Source of the DNA: the human T2T-CHM13v2.0 reference genome, Homo sapiens
Strand: one strand, 5' to 3'
Length of the DNA: 64,000 nt
Assembly (NCBI RefSeq): GCF_009914755.1
Contig: NC_060945.1
This document shows positions 1 to 19,036 of this stretch, piece after piece; position 1 is the first letter of the stretch; every line of letters begins with the position of its first letter. Below the pieces are notes generated by a model that saw only the letters and a list, made by a program, of their open reading frames with translations, ran no database searches and was not told the origin of the DNA. The position numbers and the translations under genes were made by a program.

Positions 1-28
1 TTATAGGCGTGAGCCACCACACCCGGCC
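1..28 (-). mobile_element. Alu 5' end, cut by window edge
   Basis: ttataggcgtgagccaccacacccggcc is the reverse complement of the Alu start. Confidence 0.9.
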
Positions 29-48
29 GACACATACAATTTCTAGAT

Positions 49-182
49 TGTTATTTATTTATTTGTTTGTTTGTTTTTGAGACAGAGTCTGGCTCTGTCG
101 CCCAGGCTGGAGTGCAGTGGCGCAATCTTGGCTCACTGCAACCTCTGCCGCCTGGGTTCAAGTAATTCTCCCACCTCAGCCA
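49..182 (-). mobile_element. 5'-truncated Alu (right arm only)
   Basis: T-rich tail then gagacagagtct...cctcagcc; TSD tttctagat at 40-48 and 184-192. Confidence 0.9.
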
Positions 183-611
183 CTTTCTAGATCTTGTAGG
201 ACAAGAAGTTGCCACATGGTGAGAAGGAAAAAGGACAGATTATGAGCAGGAACTGAGTAATTTTTACCTATGACCCTGGGACTCATTTAACCTCTAATCA
301 AACAGAGAAAACTACAGTAACCATAATTATTCTTAAGACAGATTATGCATGAATATATCATTGATTTTATTGCCTAATTCAGCAGAGGAATTACTAATAG
401 ATATTTTGCTAGTTCTACAGGAAGATAGTGTAGAAACATAAGCTAATCAATGCCTCATTTCTGATATTTCTTACCTAGTATGGTGATTAGCTTCAGTGTT
501 TTTAAATCATTCTCTAAAAAGTACATCCCTGCCTGATTTTCTTTCCATGTGTTCTGTTGATTACTGAGAAAGAAATGTCAAAGTCTTCAACTGTAATAGT
601 GGATCTATGTG

Positions 612-980
612 TTTGTTTTATTTATTTATTTTTAAATATTTTATTTCCATAGGCTTTGGGGAACAGGTGGTATTTTGGTTACATGAGTAAGTTCTTTCGT
701 GGTGATTTGTGAGGTTTTGGTGCACCCATCATCCAAGCAGTATACACTGAACTCAATTTGTAGTCTTCTATCCCTCATTCCCCTCACACCCTTTCCCCTA
801 GTCCCCAAAGTCCCTCCTATCATTCTTACGCCTTTGCAACCTCACAGCTTAGCTCCCACTTATGAGTGAGAATATACGATGTTTGGTTTTTCCATCCCTG
901 AGTTACTTCTCTTAGAATAATAATCTCCAGTTCCATCCAACTTGCTGCAAATGCCATTCATTCATTCCTTATGACTGAGT
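612..980 (-). mobile_element. L1PB-type 3' UTR fragment
   Basis: tttatttccataggctttggggaacaggtggtattttggttacatgagtaagttc...ctcccacttatgagtgagaa; T-rich tail on the left. Confidence 0.85.
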
Positions 981-1019
981 TTGTTTTAATTTTCCTTTCA
1001 GTTTATCCAGTTTTGGCTT

Positions 1020-1398
1020 TATTATTTTATTTTTGTTTGTTTTTGTTATTGTAGTAAAATACACTTAATATAAAATTTATCATTTTAACTATTTTAAATG
1101 TAACGTTCAATAGTATTAAATACATCCAGTATGTCATGCATCCATCACCACCATAACACTTTTTGTCTTATAAAATGGAACTCCCCATTCCTCCCTCTCT
1201 CCAGCTCCTGGCACCAACCATTCTATTTCGTATCTCTATGATTTTTGACCACTCTAATTACCTCATATAAGTAGAATCACAGGGTATTTGCCTTTTTATG
1301 ACTGGCTTATTTCACTTAGCATAATGTCCTTAAGCTTCATCCATGTTGTAGCATTTATCATAATTTTCTTTCTTTTTAAGGCTAAATAATATTCTATC

Positions 1399-1459
<61 letters not shown>

Positions 1460-1830
1460 CACCACACTTTGCTTATCCATTTATCTGTTGGTGGAAACGG
1501 CTTGCTTCCACATTTTGCTATCATGAGTAATGCTGAAATAAATTTGGTAAATATCTCTTCAAGACCCTGATTTTAGTTATTTTGGATATATACTGAGACA
1601 CGTAAATGCTGTATTATATGGTAACTGTATTTTTAATTTCTTGAGACACCACCATACTTTCTTCCAGCTGTACAATCTTATACTCCTATCAATACTACAC
1701 AAGGGATCTAATTTCTCCACATGCTTGCTAACATTTGTTATTTTCTGTTTTTTGTTTTTTAATAGTAGTCATCCTAATGGGTATTGAGTGCTATGTTCTT
1801 GTTTTGATTTGAAGTTATCTGATGATTAAT
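1020..1830 (-). mobile_element. L1MB/L1MA-type 3' end (non-inverted part of an inverted L1)
   Basis: Antisense L1 3' UTR and ORF2 end: ggcttatttcacttagcataatgtcc, ttatccatttatctgttg; ORF 1330..1524 (PPTDKWISKVWCIY). Confidence 0.85.
1398..1460. repeat. (TA)n(CA)n(TA)n compound microsatellite inside L1
   Basis: Seen directly. Confidence 0.95.
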
Positions 1831-2183
1831 GAACATGGAATAGAATAGAGAGCTCATAAGCAAATCCTCACCTGTATGGCCAAATGTTTTTTGACAAGGG
1901 TGCCATGATTATTAAATGAGAAAAGAACAATCTTTTCAATAAATGATACTGAAAACTGTATATCCACATGCAAAATAAAGATTTTGGAACTTTACCTAAC
2001 TCCATATACAAAAATTAACCCCAAATGGGTTAAAGACCTAAATATGAGACTTAAAATTATAAAACTCTTAGAAGGGAACACAGGGCAAAAGTTTCCCAAG
2101 GTTAGATTTGGCAGTAACTTCTGGGATATAACCAAAGGCATAGGCAACACAACAAAAAATACAAAGAAAAATTGGGCATCATA

Positions 2184-2482
2184 TTTTTTTTGTGTGTGTG
2201 TGACAGAGTCTTGTCATCCAGGCTAGAGTACAGTGGCAGGATCTTGGCTCACTGCAACCTCCACCTCCCAGGTTCAAGAGATTCTCCTCCCTCAGCCTCC
2301 TGACCTCCTGAGTAGCTGTGATTACAGGCACGCACCACCATGCCTGGCTAATTTTTGTATTTTTTAGTAAAGATAGGGTTTCACCATGTTGACCAGGATA
2401 AGTCTTGATCTCTTGACCTCGTGATCCGCCTGCCTCAGCCTCCCAAAGTGCTGGGATTACAGGTGTGATCCACTGCTCCTAG

Positions 2483-2484
<2 letters not shown>
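2184..2484 (-). mobile_element. AluS-type
   Basis: Antisense Alu dimer with an internal 8-bp duplication (cctcctga). Confidence 0.95.
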
Positions 2485-2798
<314 letters not shown>

Positions 2799-3097
2799 AC
2801 CATAAAAAAATTTTTTAAAATTATTTATCAAAATCACAAACAAAAGGCAATCCACAGGAGAAAATATTTGCAAATGAAATATCTGATAAGAGATTAATAA
2901 CCAAAATACACACAGACCTCCTAAAACTCAGCAAAAACAAAAACAAACAAGTCTATTTTAAAATGGGCAAGAGAATAAATATACATTTCTCCAAAGAATA
3001 TACAACTGGCTTTAGTATTGGCTTCAAAATAGTATTTTGAAGCTCTACTATTAGATACATATACAATTAGGATTTTTATCTCTTCTTGGCAACTTGA

Positions 3098-3629
<532 letters not shown>

Positions 3630-5341
3630 GATAATGTCAGTATTTTACTTGGTTTGTGTAGCCATTTACATTTAATGTCAATATTGGTATTTCGAATTAT
3701 GCCTACCACTCTATCATGTATGTTTACTTTTTCTTCCCTTTGCTTTATTTTTCTGTTTCCCCTTCCCTGCCTTCTTTTGTTATTTGAACATTTTCAGTTT
3801 AACCAAGTTTGAGTTTTGCTGCTGCTACTTCTTTTATTTACTGCAGGCTTTGTATTGTTTTACAGGACTGTTGCCTTGTGCTCAAAGGGGTGGCTGAAGT
3901 GCCAGAGATTTTTGGTTTTCTGTTCTTTGTTTTTTTGTTTTTTTTCTTAGTGTTTGTGATGTACCTTCAACTTTCATAATCTCTGCAAACTGCACTACAG
4001 CAGGGGTCTCACTCCATACTACTGTCCTCCTCCCATACTGGTAGCCTGCTCTTACCTTTTGGATTCTGGGCTAGCGGTGGTGGCTGGCAAGGATTCACTC
4101 TTGTCCACATTCAGCCTCAGCTTAGACAGACCTTGCGTGCCAGGCTTCCTGGGGAGGAGGGAACTTTCTCAGCATTCTTACTCCTTCACCTCATGTCAGC
4201 CAGCTATGTCCTTGATCTGTGGTTGGTTCTTACAAGGTATTCTCTGATCCTACCCCATGATAGCAGACCTCGAATTGGTAATAGATAATAGATTCTGGGC
4301 CCAGGATAGTTTTTACAGGAATTTTTCTTCTGCTTTTTCCACAGTGAAAATGGGTCTTTGCCAGTGTCCTTAAAGTGTGGGTTGTTGTCCCTCCTCCAAG
4401 TGCTGTAGGTTTTTGATTCATAGGAGAAAAGACTCTAAATATAATTGTAGGAATTTGTATCTCCCAGGCCCCAGTAGCTACAGATCATTTTCTACAGTCT
4501 TGCGTCAGCAAGAAGAGCTCTCTTTGGTCTGTTCTGTTCCAGACTATCTCATAAATTACTGCAGGAGGTACTTTTAAAAGAGCTTGCAAGAGAGTATCTG
4601 GGCCCTCAATTATTTCATCCATACCTGAAAGCTAGCTCACCCTTGGCATTTAATAATTTTATAAAATTTCAGCTGATTTTTAAATTTTCTTTCATGGAAG
4701 CTGTTGAGTAGCCCCTTATTTCCCTAATTCTTTGACTCAGATAAGACTATTCTTCTGTTTTATCTCTTATTATAGGGGTATGTTCCTCTTTGGAATTTAA
4801 GTATTTTGGTTGCACTGCAACCTCAGGTATCTAATGTGCTCAAAAAAGTTATAATTTTATGGGTTTTTTTTTTTGCCTTTATCTCATTGTTAGAATGGGA
4901 ACAATGTTCTTTCCAGCTTTCTACATCTTAGCCAGAAACAGAAATATCTTCCCTTTGGTATGGCTCCACCTATTTGATATCAAGATAATTTAATAGTATG
5001 TAGCCACAGTGCACTAGGAAAATTAATTGGCTTTTACCAGCTTTCTGCTATAATGCCTTAACTTGAAGAAGTTAAATAATTTTGGAAAAGTCAGATATTG
5101 GGAACAATCAAATTTCGAATATACACATCCAATATAATCAGATAAGTAGAAAATAGTTAACATCAGCAATTAAATAAAGTCAGAAAATAGATCCAAGCTC
5201 TCATACATTTGTCTATCAAGATAAAAGCTTCAGGGGAATAGACAGCTTTTATCATAATAAACCATAAAGGTAAATCCCTCCTCCCTCATACACATTCTTT
5301 TTTTTTTTGGTATTGTGAGATTCTATTAGAAACGTTTTTCT

Positions 5342-6205
<864 letters not shown>

Positions 6206-6649
6206 CTTCTATTACAACTACTTTTAAGGTAATATATAACAATCAAACTAGAATCCAAACAACTATAATCTTAAACTAATGTACAAAGAGAGGGGACATT
6301 TACAATCTTTTTCATGGATAGCCAATCAATAAATCATCTGAACTCATGTCAATGGAGGCTTAGTTCAATTTTCCACACCTCATAGATACTCGAAACATAA
6401 TATCATCAAGTTGCAAATATTCATATAGAGGGTTGTTTATGCTCACTGGACTATGTTTAGGCAAGAAAAAATGTCTTGAGAAATTTTATAAACCATTTAA
6501 GCAATGTGTACAGGAATAAAATGACATTATCCACTAATGTTTAGTTTAACATAAAATTAGATTAACTAGAACATCCTATTCCCAAAGAAATTCAGTCAGT
6601 AATGGTTTTATAATAACAAGAATTAGAAATATTTATGAAAATTTCTTCT

Positions 6650-6785
6650 GAGAACGTCACTGAATTTTCATCTGTGTAACTTAAGTTATTCCTCCAAGAT
6701 CCCTATGAAGTAGGAAAATGTTTTATCATCACCATGTGACAAAGTACATGAGTAGTTAAGTATCTTACCACAGGATATTTTGGTA
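6650..6785 (-). mobile_element. MIR fragment
   Basis: ccctatgaagtagg...ttatcatcaccatgtgacaaa...gttaagtatcttacc. Confidence 0.55.
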
Positions 6786-7699
6786 GAAAACAACATAATT
6801 CTATTTGTTCAGACATTTACATTTGAATTAATTTACAAATGCATGTAATAAACCAGCTAAGTCATTTTTATAACTCTGAAAATCCCAAGACTACAGTGCA
6901 TTTATACTGCTGGAGATTAGCTAACAGTTAAAGATCAGAAACAATCAATAAAAGAATCATTGTATAGAAAATACTATTGTGTAACTGTGCACACTTATCA
7001 GGGATTAACTCTTTCCTTAATCTTTAATAAACTTCATCTTAGAAAATACCTAGCCCGCATCTTTCTTCTTTCAACTGCATCCTTAACTTTATTTTCAGAT
7101 ATAAGTGCCTTATGAACAAACACTTGATTGTCCATTAAAACTGTCCTGCTCTTTTAAAATCCAGTTTAAACTCTTTTCTGAGTACCAAACTGATATCTTT
7201 GCCTGTTTTTATTTTGTTTTGTTTTTAAATGGAACAGAACACAATATCTTTTGGACAGCTACAATGCTTATTCAAAAGTAGTGTTGAGATGAGAAGTAAT
7301 CCTTTTTAATGTTTTACCAAAGAACTGTATTAATGTTATGCAGTGCTAATAACTGCTTTAATCCTTTAGATTTCTTTTAGCCAAAAACAGAGTGATGAGT
7401 TCCTCTATACTTAGTCTATAACTTTGTTTAATATTCTTTCAATAAACTTTTAAGAAATAATCTTAATTTTGAGAGTGTTGGTTGTTTTCTAACTGAAATA
7501 CATTGAATAAGTTATGAACAAATACCAGCCCTTTAGCTAAATAGTAGACATCTTTCTGGAAAGTGACACTGTTTCCTTCCTCTAAAGATAAAGCAAAATA
7601 ATGCATCGAATGTTACACCAAATACCTTACTAAAGAGTTTTACAGAGATATTTCCTGATGTCATAGGGAGGGCTTCAGCTTTTATAATAAAGAAGAATT

Positions 7700-7830
7700 T
7701 GGTTAAAATTCTAAGTTTACTTAGTCAAATGTGTGACCTGGATCCATGAGTCTCTTTCCGCATCTATAGGGTAGGGATTATAATGTATCATTTTAAAGGT
7801 AGTTGTCAAGAACCAATGTTTTAAATATTT
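7700..7830 (+). mobile_element. MIR fragment
   Basis: tgtgtgacctgg...tttccgcatctatagggtagggattataat. Confidence 0.5.
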
Positions 7831-7947
7831 AAATAGCCCTATAGAGAACGTGGAGCTTCATGAAAGAGAAAATATTTCTTTCTTTGTTTTCTATGCCTAT
7901 AGACTACTCAGACATTGAGTTTATGTATATTTTGTACTTACTATTGA

Positions 7948-8321
<374 letters not shown>

Positions 8322-8969
8322 AAAAGGAATTTTTAATGTTCAATAAAATAAAAAAAATACCCTGTTTCCAAGCCCTGTTTTCTAATAGATCACCCCTACA
8401 CTTTTAGAAATAGATTTCTAGCCTCCCAACCATTGTAATAGATGCAGAAGTTTCTATAAAATATTTAGACAATTATTTTAATCTTTGCTGAAACATTTCT
8501 AGTGATAGGTATAGAACCTCCAATCTTATTTATAGATTTAAATAATTTAGTCAATGTCTAAATCTCTATAATTGCCCAGTTTAAGTCTTATGGACCTTCA
8601 TAAACAAATTCTAATTCTCCTTTGTTGTGAGAATCTTTTAAAGACCATGTTCATGACCTATAGTGAATATGTTGTTCTTCTCTGCCCACATTCCCTTCTT
8701 GAACTGTTTTTCCTTCCTTCACTCCTTGCAGCCTTGGTGAGACTCTCTTGGTGGCCTGTGATTGGAGTGACCAGAAGTTAACACTCTGTCCCTTGTATAG
8801 TCATGATTCCAGGGGCTGGCACAAGAACAAAGCAAAATAATTCTTGGCCTTCATGGCTAAATAAGTAATGATCTCCCCTTTTTGCTTAAGATAATCTGAG
8901 TGGTATTCAGTTGCTTCATTAGCAATTAATGACTTATGAATATATTTTGTCTATATCTATACTTTGTCT

Positions 8970-9433
8970 CCTGCAGTACCTCAGGCTTATTAGGGTGGGG
9001 AAAAAACTCCGCCCTGGTAAATTTGTGGTCAGAATGGTTCTCTGTTCTTTAACCCTGTTTTCTGTTGTTTAAGATGTTTATCAAGACAATACGTGCACAG
9101 CTGAACATAGACCTTTATCAGTAGTTCTGCTTTGTCTTTGTCCTGTTCCCTCAGAAGCATGTGATCTTTGTTCTGCTTTTTGCCCTTTGAAGCATGTGAT
9201 CTTTGTACCTACTCCCTGTTTTACACCCCTTCCCCTTTTGAAACCGTCAATAAGAAACTTTCTGGTTTGAGCCTCAGGTGAGCATCATGGTCCTACCGAT
9301 ATGTGATGTCACCCCCAGCAGCCCAGCTGTAAAATCCCTCTTTTGTACTCTTTCTCTTTATTTCTCAGCTGGCTGACACTTATGGAAAATAGAAAGAACC
9401 TACATTGAAATATTGGGGTTGGGTTCCCCTGAT
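8970..9433 (+). mobile_element. MER11 LTR (HERV-K HML-8), 3' part only
   Basis: ccgccctggtaaatttgtggtcag; repeated gaagcatgtgatctttg; ends gaaatattggggttgggttcccctgata. Confidence 0.85.
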
Positions 9434-10060
9434 ATGCTAGTACCATTTATTAAATAGGGAGTTCATTCCCCATTGCTCATTTTTGTCAACTTTCTTGAAA
9501 ATCAGATAGATAGTTATAGGTGTATGGCTTATTTCTGGGCTCTCTAGTCTGTTCCATTGATCTGTGTGACTGCTTTTGTATCATGAGGTCCATGTTGTAC
9601 CAACAGTACCAAGCTGTTTTAGTAACTACAGCCCTGTAGTATAGTTTGAAGTCCGGGAAAATGATGCCTCCTGCTTTGTTGATTTTATTTAGGATTGCCT
9701 TGGATATTTAAGTTCTTTTCTGGTTCCATACAAACTTTAAAATAGTTTTTTTCTAGTTCTGTAAAAAATCTCATTGGTAGTTGGATACGAATAGTATTGA
9801 TTTTGTAAATTGCTTTGGACAGTATGACCATTTTAACCATATTAATTTCTTCCTATCCATGAGCATGAAATGTTTTTCCATTTGTTTGTTTCATCTCTGA
9901 TTTTTTAAGCAATGTCTGGTAATTCTCATTGTACTGATTTTTCAACTCCCTGGTTAGCTGTTCCTAAGAATTTTATTATTTTTGTGAGTATTGTGAATTG
10001 AATTGTATTTTTGACTTTGCTCTCAGCTTGGCTGTTTTTGGTGTATAGGAATGCTAGTAA

Positions 10061-10353
<293 letters not shown>

Positions 10354-10750
10354 GGAATGCTAGTGATTTTTGTACATTGATGTATCCTGAAACTTTGCTG
10401 AAGTTGTTTATCAGCTGAGGGAGCTTTTGGGCTGTGACTATGGGGTTTTCTAGGTATAGAATCATATCTTCTGCAAATAGGGATAGTTTGACTTCCTTTC
10501 TTCCTATTTGGGTGTCGTTTATTTCTTTCTCTTGCCTGATTACACTGGCCAGGACCTCCAATACTTTGTTGAATAGGAGTGATGGAGAGGGTATTTTTGT
10601 CTCATGCCAGTTTTCCAGAGAAATGTTTCAAGCTTTTGCCCATTCAGTAAGATGTTGGCTATGGATTTGTCATAGATGGATCTTACTATTTTAAGGTCTG
10701 TTCCTTCAATAGCTAGTTTATTGAGAGTTTTTAACATGAATGAATGTTGA

Positions 10751-11143
<393 letters not shown>

Positions 11144-11609
11144 AAATCACATTTATTAATTTGCATATGTTGAACCAACTTTGCATCTCAGGGATAAAGC
11201 TAACTTGATCATGATGGACTAACTTTTGTTGTGCTGCTGGATGTGTTTCACTAGTGTTTTTTTGTTGAAGATTTTTTCATCAATGTCCATCAAAGATATT
11301 GGCCTGAAGTTTTCTTTTACTGCTGTGTTTCTGTCAGACTTTAATATCAGGATGATGCTGGCCTCAAAGAATAAGTTGGGGAGGAGTCCTTCCTTCTCAT
11401 TTTTTTCAAATAGTTTCAGTAGAAATATTACCAGCTCTTCTTTGTACGGCTGGTAGAATTTGTCTATGAATCTATCTGGTCCTGGGCTTTTATTTGGTTG
11501 GTAAGCTATTTATTACTGATTCAGTTTTAGAGATCATTGTAGGTGTGTTCAGGAATTTAGTTTCTTTCTGGTTCAGTCTTGGGAGGGTGTATGTGTCCTT
11601 TATCAGGAC

Positions 11610-12278
<669 letters not shown>

Positions 12279-12439
12279 GAATGTTCATAACAGTCTTGTT
12301 CATAACAATAACATGAGAACAACTTAAATGTCCATCTGTGAAAAAAATATCATAGCTCACAAAATGCAACACTATATAACAGTGAAAATTCACTTGAAGG
12401 CATTATATGCTGTCAAACAGATGAATCCTAGGAACAATT

Positions 12440-13785
<1,346 letters not shown>

Positions 13786-14863
13786 AATGTTATAAGTCCT
13801 TCAATTAATCTTCAAGTTTTAGACTCTTTAAAAAAAAACATTCTTTTTGAGCCGTTAAGATATGCTTTGCAGAAGACTGGTACCAGCTGCTTGGAAATTT
13901 CCTCCTATATTCCTTCAGTCTTTGGTCATTTCTGCTCAGCTTCATTTATGTTCATGGTCTTATCATCCACCTCTAGAATGTTTTTAAAATCCTTCATACA
14001 TTGATGATATTTCTTATTTCTCTTCTCATCTGCATTTTATTTCACAGGGCTCTGTGATGATTGTGTGTGTATAGCTAATTGTCCTGTGCAATAGGTTTTA
14101 TGTATGCATTTTCTGAATTACAACCATGAGAATACTGGAGCCAAGATAATGGGATCCAAAATTGAGAAATCTCAATTCACATTGTTTTGGATTCCTTAAA
14201 AGGAAAGGACTTACTAAATGTTAGTAGTCTGTACACAATATTTATGCACGATTTGCTAGTTTTGAATTACAGAGAATGGCAGTCAAAAAAGAGGAACATA
14301 ATCTGTTTGCTATTTTGGTTTCTTCAAATATATGTTAAAAATTTTAAATGAACATTCTAATGATAAAATATTTTAATTTTAGAAGAGTGTTTTCTTGGGA
14401 CTTTTAGGCCCTATAATGTCTCTTGGAATTCAAAAGCTTTTGCATAACAATGTTTTGATGAGTTTAAGTATAAATGTAAATAAAAAAATAAGGATTAAAT
14501 TTTCTTTGACACACGTGAAAAGTTTGAGAAAAAACATGTTTGGCACATATGGTCTAGAGTCAGCAAAACAGGAACTATCAGCAACTTATCCCAAAGTAGT
14601 TCACAAAACACAAAATCCACAATAAAAGGTTATCCAATTCCCCCCACAAAAAAGAGGCCAAACATGTGTATTGTTAAATTAACAGAGGTAGATCCATATA
14701 TTTTATTTGTTTCCTTGGGAATATAGAATGTCTTAAAAGTTGAATCTCAATAAATCAGTTTTATGCAGTGTTCTGATATGTTATATTCATTTTGCTTCTA
14801 AAACCTTCTAGAATCCTGTATAAGACTAGTTAACCAATTGGGAACAATGTTAGCAAATATTTC

Positions 14864-14906
14864 CACACACACACACACACACACACACACATGCACACAC
14901 ACACAG
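14864..14906. repeat. (CA)n microsatellite
   Basis: Seen directly. Confidence 0.95.
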
Positions 14907-15658
14907 AGATGACCAGAATTTTGCTTAAACATCTTTCTATTGCAGTCAAAACTATTCCTTCGTAGAGAAACTAATGTGTATATTTTTAATAACAGGTTTA
15001 TATTATTGAAATGACTGTCACACATGCTGACCCAGATGCTGTGGGGACAATAGCAGTCCTACAGTTGTACAGAAATTAGAAAGGAATGAAATATTTGATA
15101 TCAAATATGAACTTGGTTGTACTTGTTGTTGCAATAGATGAACTTAATTTGAAGCCAAAAGTGTATTTCAATTCCCTTATTTCCTAACACAAAGTAAAAG
15201 AGGCAGATAGATACTGTCATATAAGAACAAGATTGACCAAAATGGTCTTAACCAGAAGGGTTATGATAGTAAATTAAATTAAATGTAAACAACCAAATGA
15301 AACTGAATGTTCTGCCAGAAGCAGCAAAAATATATCTCAGAGTAATAAACCATAACATCTTCAGGAAAGTTCCCAGGGCAATAGTTTTAATTCTCCCAGC
15401 AGGTACTACCTATATTATAATAAAGGGTTATTTTCTAGCATGAAGTTTATAATTTGTAACTGCTAATGAATCAGGTTATATTTGCCAGTTTCATCCAGTA
15501 AGTTGCTGTTGTTGTTGCTGTTGCTGTTCTTGTTATTTTATGAACATAGCATTGGAGAGAGAAGTTAGAAAATGGGTGCTTATGACTAAAACACATTTTA
15601 AGGTCAGTTCACTTCAAGACAGCAAAATGGATTCAAGATCTTCTTTAAAATGAAGAAT

Positions 15659-16026
15659 TGTTTTAGTCTGCTTTGCTGTTGCTATGACAGAATACCTGAG
15701 ACTGAAAAGAAGAGAAATTTATTTGAGTTCTAAAAAAAAAAAAAAAATAGTCGAAGTTCCAGGGGCTCATATCTGGTGAGGGCCTTCTTGCTGCATCATC
15801 CAAGAAGGCAGAAGGGAAAGAAAGGATATAAGAGCGAAAATGCAAAAGAGGGCCAAGCTTGCTTTTATAACAAGCCCACTCTTGCAATGATTAACCCATT
15901 CCTGTGAGACCAACATTAATCCATTGATGAGGTCTCTGCCCTCATGACCTAATCACTTCTTACTAGACCCTACTTTCCAATACCGTTGCATTAGGGGTTA
16001 AGCTTCTAACACATGAATTATGGGAG
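15659..16026 (-). mobile_element. MST-family MaLR solo LTR
   Basis: tgttttagtctgctttgctgttgctatgacagaatacctgagactg...gacattcaaaccatagca. Confidence 0.85.
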
Positions 16027-16144
16027 AGACATTCAAACCATAGCAGGAGTCTCTTTTTCTAATTATTGCCGATTTTCAAAAGTGAGGGCTATCTACCTTC
16101 TCTACAAACAGGAATTATAGACTTTAGACTGAACACGGTGTCAC

Positions 16145-16310
16145 AAAATGTGCTGATCAAATGCTGTTCATATTAAAATCACTTGAGAGAAATGTTAAAT
16201 ATACAGATTCCTGAGCATCAGTCCAGGTTCAGCCAGATACTGAATCAGAATCTGCTGTGTTGGGGCTCAGGAATCATTAATTTGTAGAGCCACGTTTGGA
16301 AGCTACTGCC
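16145..16310. mobile_element. MER5-like hAT relic
   Basis: aaatcacttgagagaaatgttaaatatacagattcctg...ctgaatcagaatct. Confidence 0.6.
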
Positions 16311-16589
16311 TTCAAAGACATAGGAAGGAGGGACTTATCTCTTACTATTCCTCAGGATCTTTTCTGAATTTGCAGATATTTGGGGTAGGACAAACATCAC
16401 ATATCTTCAACGGAGAATTGTAGTATAAACATCAGGAACAGGTGCCTGCCCAAGATTGTCCTCTCCTGCCTAAATTTACTTGATGCTACTTATAATCCAG
16501 ATGCTTATGCAAAGATGCTTGTGGGTTTAGGAACCATTTATAGAGAACAAAGAGAAAGAACTAATATATAGAGAATACATTATGCATCA

Positions 16590-16770
16590 GATACTTATTA
16601 CTTTTATGTACCTTATATAAGTAAAACCTCCATCACACATACTACAATGCACCATTAGTATTACTCACATTGTACAAATGAGGATTTCAACGGAGAGAAT
16701 GAGACATTCAAACTAGGCCATGAGGCATGCAAATGGCACAGCTGGGATTCAAACTTAGCTCCAACTCTTC
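16590..16770 (-). mobile_element. MIR fragment
   Basis: cacattgtacaaatgagga...gctgggattcaaact. Confidence 0.6.
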
Positions 16771-17875
16771 CAAAAATAGCAGGAGAGACAGAATCTGTTT
16801 GATTTCTTTTACCTTTCAATATCTACAATATGAATATACTGGTCAAATATAATGAAACTTCATTTATTAGATACAGTTGGGGGAGAGACAGGCAGATCTT
16901 TTCTAATACACTGGGAAATCTGAAATATGTGTTCACCGGAATAAGAGATCTGCATGATACCACAGTCTCCATCTGATGTAGTTTAATTTTAGGAAATGTA
17001 TGATCAATGTGTCAATGTTCTGATTCTCTCTTATTATGAATTTATCATAGTATTAATAGTTGAATCATTAAAATCCTAAGCCTTGATTTAGCATCTTGTA
17101 TTTATTAATCGCTTATAGCTTATTTCAAGAAAGCAAAGTGCTTCATTTATTGAAGAAAATCTACAAAACAGTTATTTTTTAAAATTGAAGATTGCAAAAT
17201 TGTTAAATATATAATATAGTTGTTGCCTTTATTTGCTTCTTCCATAAATGTGATTTTTATGAGATGTTTCATAAAAATATTCTGGAATTTGAAGCAAAGC
17301 CCTATATGTAGTTACAAGCAAGTGGAAGGCAAGATGTTTCAATAGTTTTGTACTCAGCCATTTATGACCAACTCCAACGGTCATTGCAATCTTGGCATTT
17401 CAGAGAAAAGGAAAATGTTTCTGTCCATACTGGCCCTTTACTTTTTCTAGTCATTTATTCAACAACATTGAACAAGTTGTTCAATGTTGATGAACATTGT
17501 TAATTAAACATTGAACAAGTAGCTATTGGCTTACTTGGAAAAAGCCTGGAGGTCAACTTTACACACTGGACTTCTATAAATTCTGTGAAAAGAAAAATCA
17601 GATCTCATTTATTTTAAGCTCAATTTCATCAATCACAGGGTCTGGCATGAAACTAAGGCTTTTCTAACACTCGGTAAATAAATGAGCAAGTGTGCTGGTG
17701 GGTCCTTCTGTGAATGGTATTTTTTTTCTGTTCATTCTATATATTCCACTCTTCACAATTCCCAAACAAGAGACGTTACTTCCCCCTTTTGAATGAGTCA
17801 ATGCAATGAGATATCACTTCATAAAATAACCTTGAAGACAAATTTAAATGTTCTTTCTTTTAAAATGTAGATATC

Positions 17876-18209
<334 letters not shown>

Positions 18210-19004
18210 TTAAAATGTAGATATCACAGGGGGAAAAAGGGCAGTATGAAAAGTCCTAGGCCCTTCGGATGAAAATGAGGATAAGATAATATGAAATACC
18301 TGAACAACTTGCTTTTTCAATGGGGACATAATCACATCATAAGATGCAGATGTGTTTTCAGTTGTTGTTTTGGTTTTTGACATGTGCAAAGAACACACAG
18401 GCACCAGGTAAAATAACCATAACTGCTACTTAATATAAACAAATCCATTTTCTGTCTCTTCTTCCTTTAATTACATTATTATCCATTGGTCAAAGCAATA
18501 TGAACCAATTCTAGTAGAAATTACATTGAAAGCTCCAATGAAATGGGATTTTCTTGGGAGTCACCCAATAAATAGATTTTCTGAGCAGAGGTTTACACTT
18601 ATGTATGGTACTAATAAAGATTATCTGCAATAAGATTGGCAATGACAAATTGCCTACTATAGTAATAGTTTCATTATATAGAATTATTACTTGGAAAATT
18701 AATTTTAATTGAAAACAATTTATCTGAGTTGTAGAAGTAAAAAGATTCTCCCAGCAGAATTTATACCTGCTGTGTCTACTTAACAGTGATTATTTCCCTA
18801 ACTTTCTATTGACTCAAGGCTTTCTGTGCTCTATATTTTCCTCATGCATATAAAATTATTTCCACAGATAGGAACACAGCATTTCTTTGCATTTAATCTT
18901 CTTTCATAACCAAATTACCATATGAAACTTCTATATCTGCATCTCACTTGGGAAAAAACTGGTACTTGCAAGAAAGTTTATTGGCAATAAAAAGAATGTA
19001 TTTA

Positions 19005-19009
<5 letters not shown>

Positions 19010-19035
<26 letters not shown>

Positions 19036-19036
19036 G
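19010..19036. repeat. (CA)n microsatellite
   Basis: Seen directly. Confidence 0.95.
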
